Assembly (NCBI GenBank): GCA_029547185.1
Contig: JAKPPU010000068.1
Span: 11,124-75,123 of the forward strand
Source: Deltaproteobacteria bacterium
GTDB taxonomy: Bacteria > Desulfobacterota > Desulfomonilia > UBA1062
Direction of reading: 5' to 3'
Length of the DNA stretch: 64,000 bases
The notes beneath the pieces were generated by a model. The model searched no databases, had not been told where the DNA came from, and saw only the letters and a list, made by a program, of their open reading frames with translations. Below, piece by piece: positions 50,557 to 60,136 of this stretch. A program made the position numbers and the translations under genes. Each line of letters starts with the position of its first letter. Positions within the stretch are counted from its first letter, which is position 1.

Positions 50557-52959
50557 CTATCTCTGCAAAGCCGCCAGAGTCCGCTCAGCGTCCTCGCGGC
50601 CATAAAATCGCTCACTGCCCTTGAGCGCGGTGAGCAGCCTGTCACGGGCATCGCTTTTCTGCCCCTTTTTGAAGGAGATCATGCCCATGTGGTAGTTGTA
50701 TATAGGATTTTGCGCATCTTTGTCGAGCGCTGTCTTGATGTATGCAAAGGCCTGCTTCAGGTCGCCCGTCTTGTAATATGCCCAACCCAGGGTGTCTATG
50801 ACATCCGGGTCGTCCGGTCTGATCTCTCTGGCCTTCCGGGCGAGGGTGACTGCCCTTGAGAGGTCATCCTTCGCAGCGGGGTGCTCCGCAAGGAGGAAGG
50901 CCAGATTGTTCGCAGCCGGCCAGAGATCGGGGATTGCGGCAAGGATCTTCGTATAGATCTGGGACGCCTTGGCATACTCCCCGCTCTGCTCATAGATCAT
51001 GCCGAGTGCGAGGTAGGGGGTGGGGTCTTTGGAGCTCTTGGAAACGGCCTGCTCGAAGCGCTTGATGGCCTCGTTCTTCCTTCCCCGGGCCATGTACAGC
51101 CTGGCGAGATTGCTGTACGGCTCGGGCCACACCGGCTGGATCTGCATGGCCTTCGTGAAGGCTGCTTCGGCTTTTGCATAATCTCTCACCGTGCTGTAGA
51201 GCTTTCCCAGGATATTGAAGGCAAAGGCGTCCCGGGGATTTTCCCGGACGCGGGCCTCGCAGAGCGAGATGGCCTTGTCGCTCTTCAGGCCCATCATGTA
51301 CACCTTTATGAGGGAGCTCAAGAGGACCGGGGAATCGGTGTTTCTCCTGTATCCTTCTTCGAGCTGGGAGGATGCGAGGACCCACTTTCCCTGGTCTGCA
51401 TAGAGCTGGGCAAGCTTCATATGGCCAAAGGCGCTGTTCGGCTCTTTTTTCAGGACCTCCCGATATTCACGCTCCGCCTTCGGATAATCCTTCTGCGCCG
51501 CGAACAGATCGCCGAGATCGGCATGGGCCTGGTAGCGGTCCGGATAGTACTCCATGATCTTCTGCAGGGTTTCCCGGGCTGCCGGAAAGTCTTTTTTGAC
51601 GGTGTATGCCCTGGCGAGCGCATACAGGAGATCGAATGATTTCGGATCGTTCTTCAGGGGCTTGCGCAGGGTCTGGATGGCAAGCTCTGTCTGATCGTTC
51701 AAGATGTGCGCCTCTGAAAGCGCCAGGTATCCGGCTATGAACTGCGAGTTCTGGTTGATCACTGTCCGAAACTCGGAGACGGCATCGGTGCTGTCTCCCT
51801 TCTTGAGGCAGATTTTCCCCTTGGTAAAGTGCAGGTCCATGCTGTTGGGGCTGTACCTGAGGGCGTCGTCGACATATTTCTGGGCCCGGTCCGTGTCCCC
51901 CCGAAGAAGGTAGCAGAGGGCAAGGGAATTCTTTGCATGGATATTGCCGGTCGATTTCGGGTCGTCATCGAGGGCGAGGTATTCATTCAGGACCGCCATG
52001 GCCTTGTCGGTCTTGCCCTGGGCTATGTACAGCTCGTTCAGGGCAATCCTGAGCCTGGAGCTTCGGGGATTTTTTGTAACGCCTTCCTTGAGGGCCTTCT
52101 CAGCCTCGTCGGACATCTTTTTGGAAATATAAAAAGCGGCCACGCTGTTCCAGGCATCCTCGTCGGCCGGGGCTGCCTGGAGCATTGCGTTCAAGGTCTG
52201 GACGGCCGTGTCCTTTCTCCCTGTCTCCCAATAGAGGACCGCCAGGTTCATCTTGTTCCTGTTGTCCTTGGGCCGGAGCGAAACAACCCTCTTCAGCGCG
52301 GCTTCGGCATCGGGCGTGCGTCCGCTGTTTGCATAGATGCTTGCGAGCGACAGAAGGATCTCTACGGATTCGGGATTGGCCGCTGCACCCTGTTTGAGGG
52401 TCTGCTCGACCTGGGCCTTGTCGTTCTTCTCCTGGAATATGCCCGCCATCATGAGGTACAGCTCCGGCTTCCTGCAGCCTCTGCCGAGGAGGCCCTCGAG
52501 GATCCTGCGGGCCTCGTCTTCCTTTTTATCAGCGATGAACACGCCTGCCTTGAGGATCAGAGCCTCTTCGTTCCGCGGCTGTTTTTCGAGGACACGGTTG
52601 ACGTTTTCAACGGCCTTTTCCGGGTGGTGCGCTGCCAGCAGGATCTTGCCCAGGAGGAGATTGGCCTGTATATGCCCCGGGCTGAGGGCTGTCGCCTTGG
52701 AGAAGTATCCGAAGGCATTCCGGACATCACCCTGCTTGAGGGAAACCTGGCCGAGCATGTAGTAGGCGTCCACGAAATTGGGATCGATCTGGAGGGCGTT
52801 TTTGAACTCCAGACCCGCCTTGACGTAGTCCGCCTTCTCGTAGAGGGCCATGCCCTTGCCGTAGAACTTCGTCTTTTTCGCCTCGGGGTTGCCGCAGCCT
52901 GCCGTAACAGCCAGCGCTACAAGGATGAATACGGCAGATCCGATGAACCTGCTCCTCAT
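50557..52959 (-). CDS. prsT: PEP-CTERM-system TPR-repeat lipoprotein (PrsT-like)
   Basis: Lipobox LAVTAGC. About 780 aa of uninterrupted TPR repeats (A-x-x-x-Y/F-x-x-A-L periodicity). Its position in an exosortase locus and the 4-nt ATGA overlap with the upstream gene fit the call. Confidence 0.78.
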   Translation of the reverse strand: MRSRFIGSAVFILVALAVTAGCGNPEAKKTKFYGKGMALYEKADYVKAGLEFKNALQIDPNFVDAYYMLGQVSLKQGDVRNAFGYFSKATALSPGHIQANLLLGKILLAAHHPEKAVENVNRVLEKQPRNEEALILKAGVFIADKKEDEARRILEGLLGRGCRKPELYLMMAGIFQEKNDKAQVEQTLKQGAAANPESVEILLSLASIYANSGRTPDAEAALKRVVSLRPKDNRNKMNLAVLYWETGRKDTAVQTLNAMLQAAPADEDAWNSVAAFYISKKMSDEAEKALKEGVTKNPRSSRLRIALNELYIAQGKTDKAMAVLNEYLALDDDPKSTGNIHAKNSLALCYLLRGDTDRAQKYVDDALRYSPNSMDLHFTKGKICLKKGDSTDAVSEFRTVINQNSQFIAGYLALSEAHILNDQTELAIQTLRKPLKNDPKSFDLLYALARAYTVKKDFPAARETLQKIMEYYPDRYQAHADLGDLFAAQKDYPKAEREYREVLKKEPNSAFGHMKLAQLYADQGKWVLASSQLEEGYRRNTDSPVLLSSLIKVYMMGLKSDKAISLCEARVRENPRDAFAFNILGKLYSTVRDYAKAEAAFTKAMQIQPVWPEPYSNLARLYMARGRKNEAIKRFEQAVSKSSKDPTPYLALGMIYEQSGEYAKASQIYTKILAAIPDLWPAANNLAFLLAEHPAAKDDLSRAVTLARKAREIRPDDPDVIDTLGWAYYKTGDLKQAFAYIKTALDKDAQNPIYNYHMGMISFKKGQKSDARDRLLTALKGSERFYGREDAERTLAALQR

Positions 52960-54596
52960 AATAACGCTCCTTTCAGGGCTATGATGAGAAGAGCCCCGAC
53001 TGTTGTTGCCGTTGCAATGTTTCTTCCCTTTCTCTTTTCATTGAGCAGTATCTCGTAGCAGTAGAAGAAGATCAGAATCTGGATGAGGAACATCCTGGCC
53101 TTCTGCGGGTCCATGATGGAGTTCAAAAGCGGCGATACGCACAGTGCGATCACGAGGATGAGGAAATCCATGGGGCTGCTCCGGAAGCTGTTTTCTCGCC
53201 TGTTGAGCCTGACCGTGATGAGCGCCGTCACCAGACAGACGATGCACGATCCGAGATAGACGAGGCTGAAATCCAGCCCTGAAAAAGACATGGGCTGATC
53301 CTGGCTGAAGTATATGGCGGCGGGTATCATGAAATAGAGGATCGTCCTGACTGCATTACCGAGCATTCTGTTGTTCAGTGCCCAGCAGCAGATGATGAAC
53401 GGGACCAGGATGAGGGAGAGGACGGTGGCATAGTCGGGGATGTCTTTTGCCAGCAGACAGTTTGCGATGAGCAGGGCCGGAAGGAGGTAATAGAGAACCA
53501 CGGCTGATACATGGAGCACCCTGTTTTTGTCCTTGAGGATCTTGAGCCGTCCTTTTATCACCCTGTCGATGAGGTCGAAGCGCCTGATCCTGAGGTCGTA
53601 CACGCACGCTGCATGGGAGAAGACGATGATCGCACCGGACAGGACCAGATAGAGTGCAAGGATGAACCAGTCCGAGTAGAACCTGAAGACGTAGGCCGAG
53701 AGCACGAAGATCGACTGGAGCAGATAGATGATGAAGACCGCCTCGGTATGGAACAGCCCGATTCCAAGAAGCTTGTGGTGAAAGTGGTTGTGGTCGGCAA
53801 CGAAGGGGGACCTGCCGCTCCTGATCCTTTCGGACATGACGATGAGGGTGTCGATGACGGGCAGACCCACGATGAGCAGCGGGAGGACCGGGCTTAAAGG
53901 GGAGTAGGCCTGGCTCATCTTGAGCGGCAGAACGATCGAGACGAACCCCAGGAACTGGCTTCCCGCATCCCCCATGAAAACGGAAGCGGGATAGGTGTTG
54001 AAGCTCAAGAACCCGAAAAGCGCCCCCAGCATGGCAAGGCTCATGATGGCAATTGCAGTTTCTCCCGAGCGGAAGGCCAGGGCGCAGATGCAGAGGAAGG
54101 TCATCATCGCGATCCCCCCGGCGAGCCCGTCGAGGCCGTCCGCCAGGTTGACCGCATTGGTTACCCCCAACATCACGAGCAGAGTGAACGGAAAGGAGAG
54201 GGCAGGAGGCAGGACAAACCCCTCGGGAAGGAGCGTGCCCAGGGTCGTGATGCGGACCCCCCCATAGAGGATGACCACGAGAGCTGCTGCGATCTGGGCC
54301 AGGAATTTTGACTTGTATCCCAGCACGTACATGTCGTCTGCCAGGCCTGCTGCCACGAGGATGGCCGATCCGATCATGACGGAAACGACGAAGCGGTCCG
54401 GGGGAAGCCAGAGCAGGATCGGGATGCAGAACCCCAGAGCCATAGCCAGACCGCCGCTCTTGGGGATGGGCGAGGAATGGACCTTGCGCTCGTTCGGCAC
54501 GTCCATGATGTGCGCCCGGACGGCGACACCCCTGAAGATGGGAACGAACGCCACGGTGACGAACAGGGAGAGGAAGAGGGTGGATACGAGGGTCAT
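52956..54596 (-). CDS. MraY/WecA-family polyprenyl-phosphate sugar-1-phosphate transferase with an approximately 200-aa polytopic C-terminal extension
   Basis: MDVPNERKVHSSPIPKSGGLAM (DxPxxRKxH...P..GG), the NAVNLADGLDGLAGG motif and FMGDAGSQFLG. Six or so additional predicted TM helices follow residue 340. Confidence 0.9.
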   Translation of the reverse strand: MTLVSTLFLSLFVTVAFVPIFRGVAVRAHIMDVPNERKVHSSPIPKSGGLAMALGFCIPILLWLPPDRFVVSVMIGSAILVAAGLADDMYVLGYKSKFLAQIAAALVVILYGGVRITTLGTLLPEGFVLPPALSFPFTLLVMLGVTNAVNLADGLDGLAGGIAMMTFLCICALAFRSGETAIAIMSLAMLGALFGFLSFNTYPASVFMGDAGSQFLGFVSIVLPLKMSQAYSPLSPVLPLLIVGLPVIDTLIVMSERIRSGRSPFVADHNHFHHKLLGIGLFHTEAVFIIYLLQSIFVLSAYVFRFYSDWFILALYLVLSGAIIVFSHAACVYDLRIRRFDLIDRVIKGRLKILKDKNRVLHVSAVVLYYLLPALLIANCLLAKDIPDYATVLSLILVPFIICCWALNNRMLGNAVRTILYFMIPAAIYFSQDQPMSFSGLDFSLVYLGSCIVCLVTALITVRLNRRENSFRSSPMDFLILVIALCVSPLLNSIMDPQKARMFLIQILIFFYCYEILLNEKRKGRNIATATTVGALLIIALKGALL

Positions 54597-54655
54597 GAGA
54601 GCCGATATTCCTTGATTTCAACTGACGACGCTATTTAATATCACTATTCAGTCTG

Positions 54656-56242
54656 TCATTTCACATTGACAGAGTTTATGATCTGATTTTCCCTGATGTA
54701 TCTTTGCATGGCAATCGTCATATCCCTCACAAATGCGTCCATCCTTTGTTCACTCGCTTCAATGGGCTCGTTAGGATGGATTTGTGTGATCATCCTGATA
54801 AAGAGGTCGTAAGTATTGTCTCTCCTGATTGCGTGAAGCGCTAGATCTAACCGGTTGATGTTTTTGTCGTAAGATGACTTGTTCTTAGTCTGAAACCAGA
54901 AGTATACCAATAGCCTATCTCCCAAGTTGGACACGATCATCCTGGTGACCTTGAGCTGCCCCCAGAAAGGGACGTTGGTTATTACCCTTGTGGAAGTACT
55001 TAGAGTTTCCCATCCTGAAGAGGGCAGGCAGACCGTCGGGCTATGAAAGAAGTTTTCATTGGCAAGAAAAGCTGTCGCCCGATATCCAATATATAGTGAT
55101 ATCGCATCTCCTTTGATGTTTCGATAAGACCCGTTGAATGCGTCTTCTGCTCCAGACTTGTCAATCATTTCCTGGTCTACGAATGAGGCCTGGCCGGTCC
55201 AGTCTGAAAATGCAAGTGGGAAGCTTTTTATGCCTCCTTTCAAATTCATTGCGGGTAGAGCTTTCGTACTCAGGCTTAAACCTGAAACGATAACGAGTAA
55301 TATAACAGAGGTAATGAAAGAAGCGTTTATTCCAGGGCCTTCCATCAAATTCTGGAAGTTCGAGTCAGGCCTTGGCAATGGAGACTTCTTTCTTTTGTCT
55401 AGCTTGGGTGGTAATTTAGCCAGTATGCACCCGATGAGAAACAGGAAAAAGAAGGCAACCATGAACAGGACCCAGCCAGAGAAGCCATGGAAGAAACCCT
55501 GGGCTACACTGGGCCCGTATTGGTCTGTCAATATTCCCGTTACCCCTATCCTAAGAGCATTGGTCATGATGGCGATTGGAATGGTTGCCAGTACGCAGAA
55601 TATACGTTTCCAAGTTGCCCGTTCAAAGAAGTATGCATAAATGATCCCGAGTGCAAAGAGCGGAAAAAGATAGCGCAAGCCGCTGCAGGCGTCAACGACC
55701 TGCAGCTGTGTCACCCCCAGATCGATGATATTACCACTCACGTTTACGGATATATTGAATAATTTAATAATTTCTCCACCCAGCTTAGAAGAAATGGACT
55801 TTAGAAATACACCAATAGTTCGTTCTATCACTGATGGTATCGGGACCATGAAGATTAGGAATCCGAGAGGGAGGATTGCTTTCAAGGTGATGTTGATTCC
55901 AAAATAGAAAGCTGTAAAACAGATGATGAGGAGCGGCATTGAGGGCATGGATATATTTCCACTGGAACCCAGTATCCCGTATATTGACAGCAGAACAAAG
56001 AAAACCAGAATAGGAAATACAGCCCACGAACTCTTGATCTGAACTCCTGTGAAACGGCCCCGCATATCCCACAATAGATAAGCAGATATAAAGGGTACAA
56101 GGAAACCATAGGAATAATCGTCATTCTTCATCCATGTGTTGACTATCGTAGTGAGAGGAATCCAATAAGCGGCAATATAGAGGGCCAGAAGTATTGCTGC
56201 CGAGAATCTGATGTCTTTTATTAATTCATGGGTCGGTTTCAC
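54656..56242 (-). CDS. Exosortase (XrtA-like) fused to a C-terminal EpsI-family domain
   Basis: GTG start. Exosortase signatures VVDACSGLRYLF (catalytic Cys), TNALRIGVTG (Arg) and FFHGFSGWVLF (His). After a linker and TM segment comes an EpsI-like periplasmic domain (FPLAFSDWTGQ...). GC is low. Confidence 0.9.
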   Translation of the reverse strand: MKPTHELIKDIRFSAAILLALYIAAYWIPLTTIVNTWMKNDDYSYGFLVPFISAYLLWDMRGRFTGVQIKSSWAVFPILVFFVLLSIYGILGSSGNISMPSMPLLIICFTAFYFGINITLKAILPLGFLIFMVPIPSVIERTIGVFLKSISSKLGGEIIKLFNISVNVSGNIIDLGVTQLQVVDACSGLRYLFPLFALGIIYAYFFERATWKRIFCVLATIPIAIMTNALRIGVTGILTDQYGPSVAQGFFHGFSGWVLFMVAFFFLFLIGCILAKLPPKLDKRKKSPLPRPDSNFQNLMEGPGINASFITSVILLVIVSGLSLSTKALPAMNLKGGIKSFPLAFSDWTGQASFVDQEMIDKSGAEDAFNGSYRNIKGDAISLYIGYRATAFLANENFFHSPTVCLPSSGWETLSTSTRVITNVPFWGQLKVTRMIVSNLGDRLLVYFWFQTKNKSSYDKNINRLDLALHAIRRDNTYDLFIRMITQIHPNEPIEASEQRMDAFVRDMTIAMQRYIRENQIINSVNVK

Positions 56243-56415
56243 AGCAGTACCTTATTTAAAACCAATATTCTTTTGCAGATGCTCCACGATAGGTTACACC
56301 AGATTTGTGATAGAAACAGAACGAGCGCACTCAATAATTGCAATTGTAAGCTCAATGTCGGTCTAAGTCGGGAAAAGGATTCGGATAGTAGCTTGAACAA
56401 TACACTCAGGTATGT

Positions 56416-57516
56416 TCACTTTTTCGTCAATGACAGATACAGTTTTTCCATCTCATCTGCCACATGATTCCATGAGTAATTTCTCCTTACGTGTTCAAGT
56501 GCTGCTTCCTTTTTTCTTATCACTTTTTCTGGATGAGTAATTAAATCGTTTAAGACGTAGTGTAGGTCTTCAGTATCACGATTTCGGAAAGTATATCCAT
56601 GGACATCAAGTGCTTCCAAATTTTCGGGAATGTCACTCGTCAGACAGCAATTTCCATAGTTCATCGCATCGAGAAGTGCAACAGGTAAGCCTTCTGAGGT
56701 TGAAGGTAGACAAAATAGATAAGCGTTGCTGTATAATTCCTGAAGAGGTTCACCAGTTACAAATCCAAGGAATAGAATCCTTGGATCATCTCTAGCTAAA
56801 TCTCTTAGCCGAGCTTTGTATTTCTCCATGTAGGCAGCATCTCCAGCTATTACGAGTTTCATGTTTGTTTTCAATCTACGAAAAGCGCTGATGAGAAAAT
56901 GGGCACCCTTCTCCTCAACCAACCGGGCTGCGAAAAGAACATAATTATTTGGTTCTATTCCATTTTCCTGAATCCATCTGGCAGGCTTCTTTTCTATGGG
57001 TTCAACACCGTTAGGAATATAAGTAACCTCTCGACTGAATTTCTCTTCATAATAATTTTTCTGAATCTTGGATACTGATGTGACTTTATTGGGAAAATAA
57101 ACGGCGCTGTAATCTGAAAGTTTGAAAAATACCTTACCTATGAAACCCCATTTGTCCCGTTTCCACTCCAAACCATGGGTTTGCACAACACTTGGAACTC
57201 CTTTCAGCCTTGGAAATAATGAGAATATCGATGGCCCAACTGCATGCACGTGAACGATATCCACATTGCCATTTCGCATGACATCCCGGATCGCTTGATA
57301 GCATATGGAGAGCTTATGTAAGGCTTTGGTGTTGATTGAAGGAACAGTCCTAATTTCCATCCCTTTGTAAATGCAATCTCTCGTCCCATAGTCACGACTG
57401 GAGTATACGATGATATCGTGCCCTTTTTTCACCAGCCGTGACCCGATTTCCTCAGTTACCTTCTCAATACCTCCTCCATTGGGAATGCCTTTTACTGCGA
57501 CATAGGCAACGCGCAT
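56416..57516 (-). CDS. Glycosyltransferase family 4 (GT-B)
   Basis: MRVAYVAVKGIPNGGGIEKV N-terminus. E-x7-E-like region PSTSEGLPVALLDAM. Confidence 0.85.
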   Translation of the reverse strand: MRVAYVAVKGIPNGGGIEKVTEEIGSRLVKKGHDIIVYSSRDYGTRDCIYKGMEIRTVPSINTKALHKLSICYQAIRDVMRNGNVDIVHVHAVGPSIFSLFPRLKGVPSVVQTHGLEWKRDKWGFIGKVFFKLSDYSAVYFPNKVTSVSKIQKNYYEEKFSREVTYIPNGVEPIEKKPARWIQENGIEPNNYVLFAARLVEEKGAHFLISAFRRLKTNMKLVIAGDAAYMEKYKARLRDLARDDPRILFLGFVTGEPLQELYSNAYLFCLPSTSEGLPVALLDAMNYGNCCLTSDIPENLEALDVHGYTFRNRDTEDLHYVLNDLITHPEKVIRKKEAALEHVRRNYSWNHVADEMEKLYLSLTKK

Positions 57517-57611
57517 TACTATGATTCCCCCTTTTTACATTCTATATTACACTTCATCTTATCTCCTGATTTCATTCTGCTGTGGTCATCCATATCCAAT
57601 TTTCATTTGGA

Positions 57612-58733
57612 CTATGATTTTGAATGTATGACAGAGTACATTCGATGACCCCAATCGAAACAGAAATGCTTACATCGCTCTTTTGACAGTGTGTAAACAT
57701 GATTGTAATAAAGAGGGTCTCTGCTTAGTCTCAGAAGCTTATCAATAAGCACGGATCGCTCCTCTAAAGGGAACATGAGCTCATTATGAAGGAGGATCTC
57801 TTTTATCTCCTTGATGTCTGATCCTAGGCATGGAACGCCGCATCCTAGAGCCTCCAGCAAGGCGTTGGGTGATCCCTCATATCTGCTGGAGAAGACAAAA
57901 AGGTCCGAACTGCAGATGAAAGGCCTTGGGTCGTCCTTCCAGCCTGCAAATATTATCCGAGAATCAATTCCAAGGTCATTTGCTATCCGTTTGAGCCTTT
58001 GACTCTCGCCGTTTTGTACTACTTCATCACCTATGATAAGGAGTTTTATCCTTTCAATTGCAAGATCTTTTATCGTTTGTATGAGAAAGGAAAAGTTCTT
58101 TCCTGCGTTGAACACGCCTGCAGTTGCAATTACAAAATCATTATCATCAATTCCTAAGGAAGTGCGGACCTGTGCCCTCTCTGATCTGCTCTGCACAAAC
58201 AGCATTCTTATATCGTTGGGCACAACGACATGCTTGTGTCCGGGAAACTTGTACCTCTTGGCATAAATATCGCGGAGCGTATTACTCACAAAGACCAGCC
58301 TAGAGCTTAACATGATTCCAAGCCAATCCGCGAAAAAGAAAAATCCATTTCGGACCAATCTGTTGCTGTGCTTCATGTTGTCAGACCTGATGAATGTTAT
58401 TGAATATGCACCATGAATTATGATTGGAAACACACAGAGCAGAGTGTAGAATGGACCAAAAGTAACTATTTTTTCTGTCTTATATTTTTTTGAAATGTAA
58501 AATGCCTGAAAAATTGATATAAATATAAAGTGCAACCAGAATATCAAACCCTCCTTATCTGATAAGGGAGAGCGAGTAACATGCTGCACAAGTCGCGGAT
58601 GGGAAATAGGTAATCTTTCGGCGCATAGCACATGGATATAATCCCCACTTTCCAAAAGATGTCGGAATAATAGATACATCCTCATATGGAATCCACCGTA
58701 TTTGTGTTTGTAAATTATTGAGAGGATCCGCAT
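57612..58733 (-). CDS. Glycosyltransferase family 4 (GT-B)
   Basis: ATG 58733 gives MRILSII...; the track start 58748 is a TTG. E-x7-E motif SSRYEGSPNALLEALGCGVP. Confidence 0.8.
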   Translation of the reverse strand: MRILSIIYKHKYGGFHMRMYLLFRHLLESGDYIHVLCAERLPISHPRLVQHVTRSPLSDKEGLIFWLHFIFISIFQAFYISKKYKTEKIVTFGPFYTLLCVFPIIIHGAYSITFIRSDNMKHSNRLVRNGFFFFADWLGIMLSSRLVFVSNTLRDIYAKRYKFPGHKHVVVPNDIRMLFVQSRSERAQVRTSLGIDDNDFVIATAGVFNAGKNFSFLIQTIKDLAIERIKLLIIGDEVVQNGESQRLKRIANDLGIDSRIIFAGWKDDPRPFICSSDLFVFSSRYEGSPNALLEALGCGVPCLGSDIKEIKEILLHNELMFPLEERSVLIDKLLRLSRDPLYYNHVYTLSKERCKHFCFDWGHRMYSVIHSKS

Positions 58734-58760
58734 TAGACGAGAGTGCAATTAGTGAAATAA

Positions 58761-60104
58761 TTAAGATTTTATATTTATTGGTACTTTTGATATCGTGAAT
58801 CGATGTTTTCCACTGTTGGTAACCGGGATTTCATCTACAAAGTGAACTTCAAGGCAACAGTCTTCACCGATTACCTCATTAATTTCCCTAACGATCGATT
58901 TAGTGAAATCATCTTGATAATTTTCGTTCTTTACAATGAAAAGTCTATAATGCTCCCTGTTCTCTTGTACGAACTGGAACTGGCTTACCCCATCCACACC
59001 GTAGAAGACATGGGTAAAATACTCACCGTGTACCATACGGCCACTCTTGGTTGTAATCGTATCAGTCGTTCTCCCTAGAACTTTCTTCAGCATCGGTCCA
59101 TTCCTGCCGCAGTTGCATTTCTCAGTCGAGAGGATACCCCAATCACCTATTCGGTATCTTATAAAGGGAAAGGCATAATTGTTGAGATCCGTAATGATGA
59201 GCTCTCCGGCCCCCCCCCTGACAGGTTTTCCACTTCTTGGGTCAATGCATTCTAATATATGGTCATATATGTGGAGATGCATACCCTTATGCTTCTCGCA
59301 TTCTCCCCCTATGCATCCTACTTCACGGCTCCCATATCTGTCATAAACAGGAACCTTGAAAACCTTTTGGATCTTATCCCTCATTTGCTCATCCAAACAT
59401 TCTGCAGTGCTGATTATGGATCGTGTGGGATAGCTGGGATCAATACCATGCGCATGGAGAAAATTTGCGAGTATATATATAGAAGAAGCGTATGAGAAAA
59501 TAACCACAGGCCTGAACTTTTCCATGTCTGCGTGATATTTCCATAACTTCTCAACAGGCATGTCAAAAGAATCACAGAAATGTCGTCTTCTAATAATATT
59601 CAATATCTTCCCGCTAACAGAATCCAGCTCTCCTGCATCCTTGGGTGACCCCCACAACTTGACATGCGGACAAAAGAAGTACCATCCTTGCATCGTATCA
59701 TTGATCAATGTCGTAGAAGCCATGTTAATCAGCCATGTTTCATCATGATAAAAATTGAGGGGCGTTCCTGTTGAGCCACCGCTTGAGTCTTCAAAAATAC
59801 CTCGTGCATTTTTATTTAACATCTCTTCCTTATGCTTATGGATGTCATCTTTAGTGAGAATAGGTAATCGTGAAAGTATCTCATGAATATTGTCAATGTT
59901 GTGTATTTCTTGAAAGGTTAATCCTGCCTTCTGCAGTATACCACCATAAAAAGGATTTTCATGAAATTGGAGCAAAAGTTTTTTTAGTCGATTAAGCTGT
60001 AGTATTTCAAGCTCATTTGTTGTAAAGAACAACCATTTTCTTTTAAACCGATAGAGATTAAGCGCTTTGAGATGAATTGATAAAAAATTATAGTTTATAT
60101 GCAT
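58761..60104 (-). CDS. Phenylacetate-CoA-ligase-like adenylate-forming enzyme (CapK / coenzyme F390 synthetase family)
   Basis: The SSGGSTGTPLNFYHD P-loop variant, RYRIGD, and a C-terminal small domain ending GKHRF are typical of CapK-like ligases in capsule loci. Confidence 0.8.
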   Translation of the reverse strand: MHINYNFLSIHLKALNLYRFKRKWLFFTTNELEILQLNRLKKLLLQFHENPFYGGILQKAGLTFQEIHNIDNIHEILSRLPILTKDDIHKHKEEMLNKNARGIFEDSSGGSTGTPLNFYHDETWLINMASTTLINDTMQGWYFFCPHVKLWGSPKDAGELDSVSGKILNIIRRRHFCDSFDMPVEKLWKYHADMEKFRPVVIFSYASSIYILANFLHAHGIDPSYPTRSIISTAECLDEQMRDKIQKVFKVPVYDRYGSREVGCIGGECEKHKGMHLHIYDHILECIDPRSGKPVRGGAGELIITDLNNYAFPFIRYRIGDWGILSTEKCNCGRNGPMLKKVLGRTTDTITTKSGRMVHGEYFTHVFYGVDGVSQFQFVQENREHYRLFIVKNENYQDDFTKSIVREINEVIGEDCCLEVHFVDEIPVTNSGKHRFTISKVPINIKS

Positions 60105-60136
60105 ATCCCAGACCTGCAGCCCCTTGTCTTTGCGGC

